Source of the DNA: Ophelia neglecta
Lineage: Eukaryota
DNA length: 64,000 bases
NCBI GenBank assembly: GCA_965285935.1
Contig: OZ260661.1
Location: 125,240,001-125,304,000, forward strand
Direction of reading: 5' to 3'
Shown here: positions 13,268 through 27,300 of the stretch, piece by piece
Layout: the number at the start of each line of letters is the position of its first letter
Position numbering within the stretch: the stretch's first letter is position 1
Made by a program: the position numbers and the translations under genes
The notes under the pieces: model-generated
What the model was told of the DNA's origin: nothing
What the model saw: the letters and a program-made list of their open reading frames with translations, nothing else
Databases searched by the model: none

Positions 13268-14329
13268 TCATACTCTGGCTGTGAGTGTGCTCGGGGGCGG
13301 GGTGTCCTGATTGACAGAAGGCCTCACATAATTTTTCCTGCAGAACATAGACACAAATTCGCGCCGAAATCGCCTGGCGCTGAGACAATAGAGGAAGAAA
13401 TTGGCGGCGTTGTTGAGATAAGACCAGATGCTAGTGACGGCGAAGATTAAGGCATCCCTGGCGTTGTCTAAGAGGTCCGTCTGGCGGTCGTAGTTAACAT
13501 TGACCATGATGAGGTGGACACAGAGCGGAAGTGTGGTCACCACGAAAACAAACGACAGACATAGCAGCGTGGTAGTCATCTGGTTAATCTTACCCATCTT
13601 ACAACCTCGCGATTTCTTTCCGGTTCCCGTCTTGTGCGCAGCTTTATTAGATTTGTAAATTTTCAAGATAATTGCAATGTTAAGAGAAATCATGATGCAG
13701 AACGGTCCTAGTGAGGCAATTATCAGGTCGACCCATGGCCACACCCTTGCCGCGAAATGGACATGCGATGACCGCGTGAAGCAAACATTCCTGCCCTCGA
13801 ACCTACCCAAATAATCTCCAGAAATAAAATGGAGGTTAAGAACAAAGCAGATAATTCCGGTGATCACAAGTCCAAATGCTGCCCTCTTCTGTGTGAAGTA
13901 GGAGCGAGAGGAGATGGGAAAGTATACTGTGAAGAAGCGCTCGATGCTGATATTCACTAAGGTCCATGCCTCAAAATGTATGGCGAAGTAGACAAAGAGA
14001 GGTTGAATCTTACAGCTAGCATCAGTCAAAGTGCGCACGTCGATACCAAACGTGTTGGTGATCCAGTGTCGTAAAAGACCCGTGTATAGACACAGCACGT
14101 CCTATACAGCAATCACGGAGAGGTAGACACTGGCTACAGAGCTTCTCGAAGATTTCCTCAGCATAACACACAAGACGAACGCATTGCCAATGGTGCCGAT
14201 TATAATGATGACAGAACTGCCAATAATCCAAACGTATTTGGCGACCCTGGCATAAATCGGGACTTCGACTGGGGAATCTGTTGGGCCCTCGCTGGAATTA
14301 AACACGAAATTCAGGGTAAACACATCCAT
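13268..14329 (-). CDS. Rhodopsin-family (class A) GPCR, FMRFamide-receptor/GPR139-like, single coding exon; one in-frame TAG at 14104-14102 (possible pseudogene or null allele)
   Basis: ORFs 14329-14102 and 14098-13268 share a frame and together give 353 codons. Motifs: GTIGN (TM1), YLSVIAV*D (TM2), CK...ISIERF (TM3), WPWVDLIIASLGPF (TM5), FVVTTLP (TM6), NNAANFFLYCLSARRFR (TM7/H8). The ATG directly follows an acceptor-like tttcag, implying a 5'-UTR intron. Confidence 0.9.
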
Positions 14330-17300
14330 CTGAAATTAGTGAAATGGCTCCCACACTTAGTTGTGCAATCTGCCAAATTCTCTATTTAAGTACTATTTAT
14401 ACTGTAGTCCCATTGCAGGCGTTAATGAATTTCTGGTTGGCATATTACAGACAATGCGTGCCCGATATGTCTTGACTGATAATCTTCGTCTTGGACCCAG
14501 AAGACGGCCACTGCATGGTTTGAAAACCTCCTTTCTTATAACCCATCTTCCTAAACCGACGGAGTTCATTTAGCCCTGGCAGATAACAGAGTGGTGTTTA
14601 TTTGGACGAGGGGGGTCGGGGCTGGGGAGGGGAGAGGCCGGACGGGGGCCTTAAATATCGGGGAGGTGTACCAAAATTATATGATTAAACATTTATTTTT
14701 TTTTGTTTGGGGGGGGGGGGGAGGGGGTGAATTGACGACACTCATTACACATGCGTAAGGTCTCAAAACTACTAACCAACCGTAATGACCTCAAAACTAA
14801 AAATGCAATACCGGAAATGATTAATAGAATGTCCTTCACTTGTCGGGCGTTCTCTTTTCATGATATTTTACCCCTTGGTTGGATATTTGATATAGCCTAA
14901 GCCTAGCAATACAGAATAAAACTAATTGTAAGAGGTCTTTAATTTGCCCTGTGGTCATAATCCTGGGGATTGGGGGCGGGCAATACCAATGTAGACGCGG
15001 GGCGGGGAGAGAACCTCACATCTTCGTGCCCGGGGGAAGCGGGTTTTGGGTGTCATGAAAAGTGGGAAGTACCACATTCCCTATAGAACTCCCCCCCCTG
15101 CCCTCACTCACCCTCTCCCCCTTCCCTTCGCTAGATAATGACAATTTCCCCGCTTAATCAAAACGATAGCAGACGATGATGGCGTTAAAGACTGTAGGTT
15201 GCGAGGCTACGACCTGGTACAAGTCCTTCAATAATTACAATTAGTAGACACTGGGTTTGCCCAATCATATCTTGTGTTAGAGATCTAATAACATAACGGT
15301 AGAGTACAATTACAACGACTGTACATATCAGGTCACGCTCTTTTGAGAGGCTAACTCTAATTATGAAGATATCATTGTTGGTTCTTATCTTTGTGTAAAC
15401 GTTTTTATGATCTAATGGCAATATTAATTAAGCTAATGAATGAACCTGATATGGAGAACTTACCATTGGATAACCGTGCAGGCATATTTATATGATATAT
15501 TGGGGAATTATATTTTGCCCAAAACTTTGTTCCACTCCTAGACTTACTTCAGGAAAGAGAAAAACAATTCGATGTGTTCCCCAAGCGGGTCCAACAGTGT
15601 CAAACCAGCTATTCTTGCCTTTTGAGTGTTTGTTTTTAATATTCGGCGCATCTCGACTATGCTGACTACTTCTTATTGCAAGTGATATCATTTTCGTTGC
15701 TTGTGGGTTGTTTCTGTTGTAACATATTTATTTACTTGTTGTTTGGGAGTTGGAGATTGGTTTATTGATGTATGTAGTACTGTGACTGCTAGTTTCTGAT
15801 GATGTCGGACCGATTTAAAACAACTATTAAAAATACTGCTTTCGTTTTGTCTGCCTGGTGTCCACCCCCTTTTATACTCTCGAAGAGGGCGCATCCCATA
15901 CAACGCTTAAGGCGAAGCGCGCGCTTCACGAAATTAAGAGAGCACATTGCAAATTAAGGAGCCCGTGTCGGGATGAAAAGAGCTCGCAAAACGAAATAAA
16001 AATCACCAAACACTAGAAAGTAATGCCTAGGTCACGTGAGATCTGCCCGTAGGACTTGAATAATCCGGAAATCTCTGTTTATATTGGCATATGTAGGGCC
16101 AATATGTGTTAAATAGCCTACATCGATTGAACCTGTCCATTAGAAAATAGATTTTAACGTCAGAGATTTCTTAGACTAGGCCTTGGACATACGGGCCTGT
16201 GGCCCGTAGGAAGTCCGTACGAAATCACCCTCCTGCGATGTTGTGGTCACATGACTACGGGCGGTTCACGGATTCTGCATTATCAGTTCCTCTCTCGTTT
16301 GTATTATATACCTTTGTATTTGTTTTTAATGAAAACACATGAATACACAGGCTGTTGGTCACTCATCATCCGGCAGAGCGGGTCAGCGTGCAAACTGCTG
16401 GAGAGGCATGAGGTACTACCCGGTAATATGCGTACTGGCAACTATTGACAGAGTTTAGCAAACTGTATATCAGCTGTCGAGTGAAAATATTTAAGAGATG
16501 ATGCAAGTCGTATGTCCGAAGATAAGGCATAGAAATTTAATAGTGTGTTTCCGTGGATTCAAAACCTTGTGTGTTGATCGTGTCGATTTTTAAATAGGTG
16601 GTGTCGATTTTCACACATAGGTCTAAAATTTGCTAGGGTGAAATTTAAATTACCCCGTAAACTTCATTTTTATTTGTGCACTCTTACATGTAATATTACT
16701 TTTCATATGCTAAATCAAAAATCACAGGGGTGTTCAATATGGTTTGAAGCTAGTGCTGCATTGGGCTGTTAATGTTTTATTCCTTAACTTTGCACAGCAC
16801 TAATCATTTTTGGCAGTATGCGGATACCTTTCATTGTTTTTTGAAGTGGCAGTTACTCTTTTTTGTAAATTTCATGATTCTCTGATAGTATCTAGTTGTT
16901 AACATACTGTATAAGGCCTTATCATTAGAACATAAGCCCCCTCCCATGGAAAAGGATAATCAACTAGTCTGTCAGATGTTACACCCCAACTAGGCTAAAT
17001 AATAGCCCTGTTTTATTCTAAAGCCTTTTGTATTATCTAGAAATTGAAAGAAAGAAATAAGTTCACATGAACTCAATGCCCCCTCTTTTCCTCTTGTTTT
17101 GACACCCCCCCCCCCCCCACTTGCTGAGGGGCTACCAATCAGATATCCTGTATGAGCCAAAGTACCTGTACTGTGCTCACTTGTTTCATGAAAACAGTGA
17201 AGGGAGTAAGGATGGAATTTCGGTGGATATCATTGAAAAGTTGCATATATAAGTCTGGCAGGCAAATTTGGACCAAATTCTGTTGTTAAGGATATTTTTT

Positions 17301-18002
17301 TAAAAATTTCAGTGTAGTTTATCATCACTAAATATCAAATTACTCATCACTTTTGCTGCAAATTGATTGTTCAATTGCAGTTGTAATGTGTGAGAGTAAG
17401 ACATTTAAGAGTTTTAAGTTTAATATTTAAGCTTTGAGTATGAAAGTTTGCAGTTTAAGTATATATCAACATGCATCCGCAACCAAGAAATATTCTTCTG
17501 TTCTTGCCCCTGACTTGTACAATCCTTTTGGTAGAATTTCTAGTTAAAATTACACGGTTTTGATTTAATTTAGTTTGAGAAATACAACATTACCACTGCA
17601 ATAGTATAAAGTTCTTTTTTATTATGATACATCTAAAATAGCACTATTTTGGGTCAACAAGACACTCTTCAAAAATGTGATGTACAATGCGAAAACATAT
17701 TGTGAAAAAAACTCCAAAAATAATACAGTAGGGTGTATGTCCACTGTGGTATAGAATCATCTTGATATATCTTTAGTAGGGTAATTAATGTTTTTAAATA
17801 CTGGCTACGTTAATGAAAACATATCTTTATAATAAAAAAACTGAAATACTCCATTTCAGAAACTATAATAAAAAAATGAAATACTCCATTTCACAAACAA
17901 TGTAAATTGTAAACTAACCTATTTGATCTAAAAGAAGACTTGCATTTTTCATTTTCAGTTCTACAAAATAATGAATTTCAATGCCGCACTGGGGATGCGA
18001 CT

Positions 18003-18008
18003 TTTATT
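18003..18008 (-). terminator. Candidate DARS1 polyadenylation signal AATAAA
   Basis: tttatt on the + strand, about 360 nt downstream of the DARS1 stop codon. Confidence 0.45.
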
Positions 18009-18366
18009 GGAAAAACAAAGTTTCATTATAAGACTTTTATGGCCCATACTTATTGTACAACTATGGTTGCATCCTTTAAATAGATGCTCGTCTTCTCTTA
18101 GGTAAATTACGGTAGCAGCATCCCACTTGACCAACCAATCACTTCAGGGCTCATACAGATGTCAAATTATCAGTATTTTGTACTTCCATTTCACTTTGAC
18201 CTCAATTAATATCAAGGCAAACAAAATATATAACATTCATAGGACCAGTCCAAAATAATTACAGACTTTGAACACAATTTACATACAATAACTTACATTA
18301 GGTACCAATGAATCCCACATCCACTATTTAGTAAGGCATTATTTTTAATTTTGATCCACCACATGA

Positions 18367-21300
18367 TTATGGTGTTAGTCTTTTTGGGTCGCGTGGGAAT
18401 AGCGATGTTTTTCGGATGTTGTCCAGGCCCAGATACAACATGACAACACGCTCCATTCCAATGCCTCCGCCCGCGTGCGGGGCGGTGCCATATTTAAAGG
18501 AGTCAATGTACGACTGAATCGTGCTGATTTCTGAAAGAAAATAAACAAAATTACAGACCATGTACAAGTAAGGCTGGACAGAGTAGATTTTGTAATAAAT
18601 GCTAATCTAATTACACTAGAAGCCCGAATAGGGCAGATCTCTACAGCAAATGGTCGCATTGTGTGTTAATAAACATTTACAGACCAATACCACCAAACCA
18701 GTTTCTCTCTTTTGCATTTCATAAATATTATAATTTTGGATGTTTTTTTAAAATAGATATGAAGAATCTGTGACAGTCCAGTTAATAAAATCCAGCGACA
18801 GATCTAGACAATAAATCTGCCGATGCAATTTATGTACGAAATATGAAGCCTTATGATCCCATTTCTAAATCTACTACTTGATAAGTAGTATGCCACACTA
18901 CTCACCGATACCGTGTTTGTTGGCCTGCTTGACCAGGAACTCCGGGTCATGGATACGCTGGGCCCCTGAGAGAATCTCCTCGCCCCTCATAAACATATCA
19001 TAAGAGTTGGCTGCTTTCTGCAAGGAAACATGGACATCAGGGAAACATCGCAACTACAGGTATTTACAGTGAAATCACCAATGGCGTGAGAAAAAGGTGG
19101 GAAAAAATGAGACTGGAATATTGGTGCAAAAATAACAATAACATGAATGGTCCTATTTGTTTGAGTATCACATGAGGTAGAACAAAGTTTTTGCTTAATG
19201 GCAAACTTTTCTTCCATAGAATCCAAGAAAATTCTATAAGTGATTGGAAAAACATATCACTGGCTCTTAAAATTTAATTAACAATTAACTAACACTGAGG
19301 CAAATGTTTTTTGAACTGAAGCGACAGTACACGTTAGTTGAACATTTCATACATAACATCTAAACAAATCTTCAAATAATTTATAATTTTATTTATATTT
19401 ATAAAATGAAATCAATGACTTAATACCTTTGATGTTTTTCAATACATTATTTTTACATCACAAAATTGTTTTATATCAATCTGTCTTTAGTTTTCAGGTT
19501 ACATTCAATATAGATATTAAGAATAAAAGAAACCAAAAAGAATTGTCTAATTTATGGCGAGACATGATTTTCAACTCTATTTATAATTTAATATGCTTCT
19601 TATTGGTCAAAACTGAATATTCATAAGTGTTAAATAAATGTACACTAGTCTGATTGCTAATACAGAGTGTACATGTGTATATGCAGAGTACACACCAAGT
19701 GTATATTCCAGTACTTACAGGGTTATTGGGGTCAGGCATTGTGTAAAAAGGTCTGACAGCCATGGGAAATTTGTCCAGCATGTAGAAGTCGGTATCATAC
19801 TGAAGTATAAATGTACTTTACATCAAATTTAATATTGTGTGTTTTTTTTCTTTCTAGCAAAAACAGGTAAACACTTACATGTACAATATGCGGGTGTTCT
19901 TAGCTTAAATGATTATCTTGCAAAATATTGATACTTTTTTTTGGCTAAACTATTACATCTAGCAATTCAACATACACAGTCAGGACATTACAAATCTACT
20001 TTCATGTTCTGTTTTTTCACTGGTATGACCTTTCCCTTATATGTGTACCTTAATTGTTTTCTCACCAATCTTTAACCATGGCCTTTATTTTGTATTTGAT
20101 CTTGTGTTTCATTGGATACATGAGTAATAAGGCTTAACAGAAAATTGTCTGTTGAAGTTTTCCAGATCTACCCTAGAATTTACATCCTAACCATAAACTT
20201 TTTTCAGGCATACAATTTTTGTCGGTCTTCCTGTTAAATACTGCAATGACTGTCCCATTGTTGAGCTTCTGCAAAGTCCGTTGGCAGTGACCATCAAGTC
20301 TATCACCAATATGTTTCAGTACAGACCACCGCATTTTGGTGGCCACCAATTTTTAACCAATCGATGCCTAGCTTCTATTTTCATTATGGCTCTGCCTGCT
20401 TGTACATATATTTCCCCGTATTAAAGAAATGACCCTGACCTTGGCTTTGACCAGCCGGCCTAGCAGCTTTTCGTTGGGGGTGCTAAGGTCCTCTTCGTCG
20501 TCAATTTCCACCCCGCTCTCCCTCAGCATCTGCACCGCCTCAGGGAATGTCAGAATTAAACTGAAATAATAGACAAGCTTATACAGTTAAATACTGACCC
20601 TCTGGGTATACTCTACGTCTAGTTTACTCTACAGACTGGCAGACAGTTTATAAATAAAACTGTTTCATCATGGGAACTTTCAGAAGGAAAATGAAATTTT
20701 TCTTTTCCCTTCCTTTATGCTTCCTCTACTAATTTGGATCTTTCAAAAGGACATTTTATTATCTCCAAACAGCTAACCATATTCAAAACACATTTTAAAC
20801 AGGTGTCCAGTTCCTTTATGCACATTGTGGCAAGTTAAAAGGCTGTAAATACAGGTACCCTTTGAAGCCAGTAATGACATTAGTATGTAGCATGCACAAA
20901 GCCTACTTGAGTAATGAACCGCCACTCTATTGCCCATTAATGAACCAAACTGGAATCATAAAGGCCTATCTGTGGAAGGATTTTGTCACAAACAGCTCCA
21001 ATCATAGTGGTTCATGGTGCCCAATGCAGAAAAGTTTGTCGAACAAATATATCAGTCTAATTGTTGAGTATGCGAAATCATCAAAAATAAAAGAACATAA
21101 CCTGTTGTGATATTTTTGCCCACCAGATTTACTTTCAGACTTATTTATACTTTTTTTACAACTACTTCTGTAATAATTTCATGCTCTCTTTTACAAGCCA
21201 CAATATTCATAACACCACTACTGACTTTGGCTTTCCATTTGCAATCATTTCAGTCATTACTGGTGGCAATAATGTACTAGTTCAGTCAGCCTGATGTACT

Positions 21301-24300
21301 TTTTTTCGGCTTTTTTGTTAAGATATATTAGCCTTAAAAAACATTTCATATATCAATATCAAAACAAAAACTAAATATCTTGCTGGTCTGTGAAGTGGGT
21401 AGCAGGCTCAGTCTAGGATTAGTCAACAAGTCACAGTTTGGTTCAGTTCTTACTGACCCTAATAAAAACTAGATGAATAGATATTTTATTGTGTATGTGT
21501 TATATAATAATTGACTTTCATGTATGTCAAACAGTTAATCTTTCTTGAGCTTACCTTGGATCTAGATATTTGAATGGCTCGGCTGGATACTGTTTATACA
21601 CAGTGCTGATTTCATCAGCATATCTGAAATATAGGTACAATAGAACCATAAACAGGCTACTAAGATGAAACCTCGTGAAAATAGAACTTTCTGGCCATAT
21701 TCACAGGTAGGCCTAGTTACCAAGTCCTTGAGGGGGTTGCTGAAATAACAAGGTACAATTTTCCTGATTTCAACTACAAATGTGTTTGATAATGACAGTA
21801 TTTGGGGCTCGAGCCCATGCAACAATTTTCCACTTCCTATATATATTTCAAACAATTTTGCAGTCGAAATCAGTCAGATCATGAAAAAGGACCGTTGAAG
21901 ATCATAAGTGAAGCCTGTAATTTATTTGAGGAGTAGAGAAACAGAGACAAAATATTGAAAATAACCTCTGTTGATGTCTACACTATATGATAGCTATTAA
22001 ATAACATAGAGACATTTCTTGACATTCGGTAGTTCTGCTAAAAGATGTCATTTAAATCCAGCTGTTACTAGCAATAACTATGACAGTAATAGTGTATATG
22101 ATAACAATCTTAAGAAAATGCAGAGGCCACACAGAGTTTACTATTTCTGATAGGGCATAGTTATTCATGTGGACAGGCTTTGTGTAACACCAGACTGTTC
22201 TCCACAGTCAAGGTTTTTCACATTGTCACAGGATTTTGTCGTAAACCCATTTTTTATTTTGTCTGATGAGGACTTTTCATTTTGTAACTGACCAGGGCTT
22301 TTTACACACGAGTTTTAAATCTTGTCATAGACTTTGGCTTTTGTTACAGACATGAGATTTTGTCACAAACTAGGACTTTTCCACAAACCAGGACTTTTCC
22401 TTATGATACACTTAACACAACACATACATGTGCAACTCAAAACTAGGATACACACCTTCCCCACCCTCAAGTCTTAAGGACATCTTAGTCAGGGCATTAT
22501 CTTGGTGGCCTAACCTTCAAGCTTAGGAAGACCTATAGCATACATTATGGCCTGCAGAATACAGGTTAAATTAAAATAAGGTCAAACTCATGATTTTAAT
22601 TTCTTCTATTTTGTTCTATTGTTAACTTACTTTTCGTCCAGTCCTCTGAAGATGTTGACAAACATGTCTCCGATGACCTCCAGCACTTCATGGTAGTGGT
22701 AGTCAAAAGCCATCTCCAAGTCCAGCCCGACAAACTCCGTCAGGTGACGGTGGGTGTTAGAGTCCTCAGCACGGAACACTGGGAACATACATGACAAACC
22801 TGAGGTACTGCCCACAAACAGGTCATACTGTATACCAGAGATTTAACTGTCTATGTTAATCTGATTTGGAGAATTCATAAAATTTAGTGGCTTATTTAAA
22901 TGAAATCTCTACAGAAATCCCGATGATTTGACTTTTCATTAAAAGACACCTATTTAAAGATCTGAAGTCCTTAATATTTACACAAAATATGAGATTCTAA
23001 CCAACAACCTGTTAATCAACGGAACCTGCATAGATAAAATACATGTACAGTGAAACCTGCCTTAAAGACCACCTCTATAATCAGACCACCTGTCAATTCA
23101 GACCACCAATATGAGGATGTTGCTGTACACTTTCAATGTTAAATAACCTGTCTAAACAGACTACCTCCAAAATCAGACCAATATTCTCCAGTCCCTTTGG
23201 TGGTCTTAATTTACAGGTTTCACTGTATTATGGCCGGTGCTTACCTGCCCCGACGGTGAAGACCCGGTCAAAGTCAGCGGAGATTGCCATCTGTTTGTAT
23301 AACTGCGGCGACTGGGCAAGGTAGGCACTGCGCTTAAAGTAGCTCACCTCAAACACATTGGCGCCCCCTTCTGAGGCAGCTACACAACAAAAAGAGGAAT
23401 AAAATGAAGAAGACTCTCATTTGGTTGAATTTCGAACAAAATTTAAATAGCTGACAACTGTGCTTCAAATTATTGCCATGGGTTTAATATTTCAAATTTA
23501 TAACTATAATAAATAAAAACTTGTTTTTCTAATGTTACCTGAGATAATTTTAGGTGTGTGTATTTCCACGAATCCCTTTTTAGCGAGAGTGTCACGGAAC
23601 AGTTGACATACTCCACCCTCGATCCGGAAAATGGCCTGGTTGGTCACAGTCCTTAGGTCGAGTACTCTGTTGTCCAATCGGGTGTCTTGGTTCACTGTGG
23701 CCATTTCCTTAACAACAATCCTACATCATCACTATCAGGTATATTGAAAAACAGAACAATGGAAAACTTTACGATTTGTTTTGACAAATCATTGACAAGG
23801 CAGAAGGAAATAAAATAAAATGGAATAAATTTACCAAGGGGAAAAATAGTTCAGGAATATATCAAAATGGTAGTAGAAAGTGTTTTAAAACTTAACCGAA
23901 AAATAGGACAAGAAAAAGTACCGGTTCTGGGATCCTTTTTCTGGGCAGAAATAAACTAGACAACTTTCGATTTTTATTTTATTTCATTTTCCAATATATT
24001 AACCAGAGCGGTCTTGTAAACCAACATATTAAAAATGGTGAATTTATGATAGCAAAATGTCCTTGGAAATATAAACCAGGTATCTGGTTCTCAGTTCCCA
24101 CAATTACAGTCCAAAGGGATAATTAAGATATACACTTGGTAGAATGAAAAATATTTCTGTTGTCTTTTTAGTGATTGAATTTTGTTTGATTTCATGTTAA
24201 CACAGCAGTTTACCAAAAAGAGGCTGCTAAAACAGGGCCTGTATATAATCCAAGGATACTTGAAGAATACCGGCATATATAAGGGAGAAAATGGGCAAGT

Positions 24301-27300
24301 GCATATTCAGGGCTGTCTAATTAATGCTTGTATATTCCTGTTTTCAGTTTGTATACTGGCCGTATTAAACCTGTTTATTTGACATGTAGTGCAGTGTCAA
24401 TGATTGGATGTTTAATTAGAGTAATAATTAATTACTGTTACTAAATTTTAATTTTCTTTTCCAACCGTTTTTAGCTCAAGCTTCTTGTAGGTGGAATTTG
24501 AAATGAGCCCGGCTGTGTGGCCTATTGAGTTTACTGACCTCATCGTCAACCCGTCGAGTGGCGTCCTCTATGAGCAGCGGGAGTCGAGGCTCGGCGACAC
24601 TGACCACAAACACCTGGCTGACGTGTACCTCCACATCCTGCTGACTACAACCCTCAATCTTCATGTCTGGCTTCTTCAAAACACCCTTCACGTCGATGAT
24701 AGACTCCTTGGTGATACTGACAGACGCAGCAGAATAGAAACAACTATCTTACATGCTTATAAAACATACTAAGCTAAAATCATTTGAACTAATTAGAAAA
24801 AATGCCCAAGTACATTTTTTACGCGTATTTCATAGGAAAGGCATTCTTAAACCATTAAATCCATTAATAGACTATTTAATAGGCCTGGAGAGTGTTGCAT
24901 GAATTGATTATTAAATGAATGTGCCAGATGATACTTTGTGGCCATTTAAAAAAAACCTCTCAACCATGCACAGCAGATGTGACCAACTATAAGATTATAC
25001 TTAAACAAAGTACCATTCTACTGTGAAAAACTACCTGTTATAGGAGACAAACTTATTGTACATGCTGCCAAATGTTCCTATTGTATAAAACCCTTAGTTT
25101 CTTATTATTCACAATTTTCATTCCACTCAACATTCATTCTATTAAATCATAAAATATCATTAGTGTGTTTTTACTCACTTGGCCACAAACTTCACCATCT
25201 GTTTGCTGACTGTCTCACTGACAAACAGTAACGCCTGTAAGGTGTACTGCTGTTGTCTCATCACAAAGAAACACTGCTTTCCTGAAACACATTACATTAT
25301 CACTTTTTAATCGTATTTCTCTACTTGGGGATTTAATTGAGTCAGGCATTTATAATATTATGAAGCTATATTAATTCCATATGACTACAAAACGAAAACT
25401 AAAACAGGACCAATCACAGCATCCACAGATCTTGGGGCGCCAAGACTTCACCTTCAGAGAGGCAGCCATCATGGGCAGGAGCACCTAAGCAATCTTATTA
25501 TTTCAAATGTTGTTAAATACATATATTCAGAAATCTGGTCACCCACCGACAGCTCTGCTCGTGTGAAGTCTCCCTCTCAGCCAGATTTTTTGCCCAGCCA
25601 TAGAGGCTGACAGCTCCTTAACTTTGTGAAGTTTTCGATCTGGTTTACTTTGAGACTGTAGTAAAGGCATCACGCCATAACATTCCTTAGCAATGTCATC
25701 CTGCTCTGACACAGCAGACTCCTCGGCAAGCTACAACAACAAATTATCAAAACCTTTGAAAATCCAGGTTCATAACTTGGTTGAAATTAAAAATAGTTTT
25801 TTTTCCTTTTCATGTTTTATTTTGCAATCTAAAACATTCACAACATTGCAGTTTACTATGTGGCTTGTTATGTTATTTATTACCCAGGCAATTACTGAAC
25901 TAACTCACTTCATCATCTGTTACGACTTTTCAATGAAAAATACAAGTACTGGCTACATATTCAGATTTTATTCACCACTTGATAGAAGGGATGCAGCTTC
26001 AGGAACATGACTCTTTATATTTTGCGAAATAAAATATTGCGGAATTCAGTTTTGCGACTTGATTAAAGCATACAAGAAGTAAACTTCAAGCGTTGTTGCC
26101 AACAATTTTATTCCAAAAGCTGAAAGCTTGAGATCATCATAGCTTCAATGGGATAAACCGGATTTTACCTCTTTCTGTCTCTGTGCCTTCTTGGCTGCTT
26201 TCTCTGCATCTCTTTGCATCTTTTTCAAGCCCTTCTTGGAGGTCGGCTGTCCATCTGGTCTGCAATGATATTAAATAAGATGATTTGATTTTCTGGCGAA
26301 TCGTAATTAACTGCCTTCTATGAAAATACTTTTCTCAGTATTTTAAACTATTATATGATTATAAATTATATACTCTAGGATTGGAAAGAGATTAAATAAT
26401 GGTTCCATTGATAGTTCTACTTTCACAGGACTTGATTTAAGAAGTGGCCTACTGGCCTCATGACAGTGGACACCAAACACTCTCAACTGTCCTTTCTGAT
26501 CAAGAGGGCCATTTGGCCAGCTGAAGTGCTTCTAATTACTAAAAGTGTGTTTTCAGGGGCGGTTTTCAGACTAATAAAGTACATGTAATGTTTGGTGCTG
26601 CTAGCAAAAATGTACAAAGGAATAATTTAATATGACATGTATGTTCCAATTTTTTGATAAAGTTGGGCCAGTTGACATTCAGTGAGACAGGTGGAAATCT
26701 CCCAACAACTGGGGCATGGGACCAGCCATTTATTTATGTCAAGTTCATTCTAGTGGAACTTACATGTAGCTTAGAGTCTTATGATAGTATGAAATACTAA
26801 AAACGCTACATTCTAATCTGAATATGAAAAAGTTCACTGCCAAAGTTTACATATATGTCCATTGTTATTATATAGCTGGCAAGATAAACACAAGAGCAAA
26901 AGAAAAAAACTTAGACACATGTGTATGTCAGCATTCAGGATATTGCATCAGCCATTCTACTAAACATGCCTTCTAGAGGAAGGACATTTCATACACTAGT
27001 CTAAATGTAATGTCAAATCTTCATACAAACTATTTCATATATACTAGTACTAGTAAGCACTCCCAATAGTTCATTAATTAATTAAATGTACATGTTTAAT
27101 TATACCTTGTACAATGTACATGAAAAATGTCATGTTGTCAAAATTGACAGCGAATATGATGTAGGAGGTAATTATCTAGCCTGGACTGCTCAGGCCTGCT
27201 CAAAACAGTGAGACAGGACTGTTATTATATGCCCACTTCTAATAGGGCCGGTTGTGAGGGGAAGTGTCCACGCCTTAAAGATGCTAGTGTTGGTGGCGGG

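Noticed and set aside
14102-14104. Selenocysteine or pyrrolysine recoding of the GPCR stop
   Set aside because: The codon is TAG, not TGA; pyrrolysine is not used in animals; no SECIS element was recognised.
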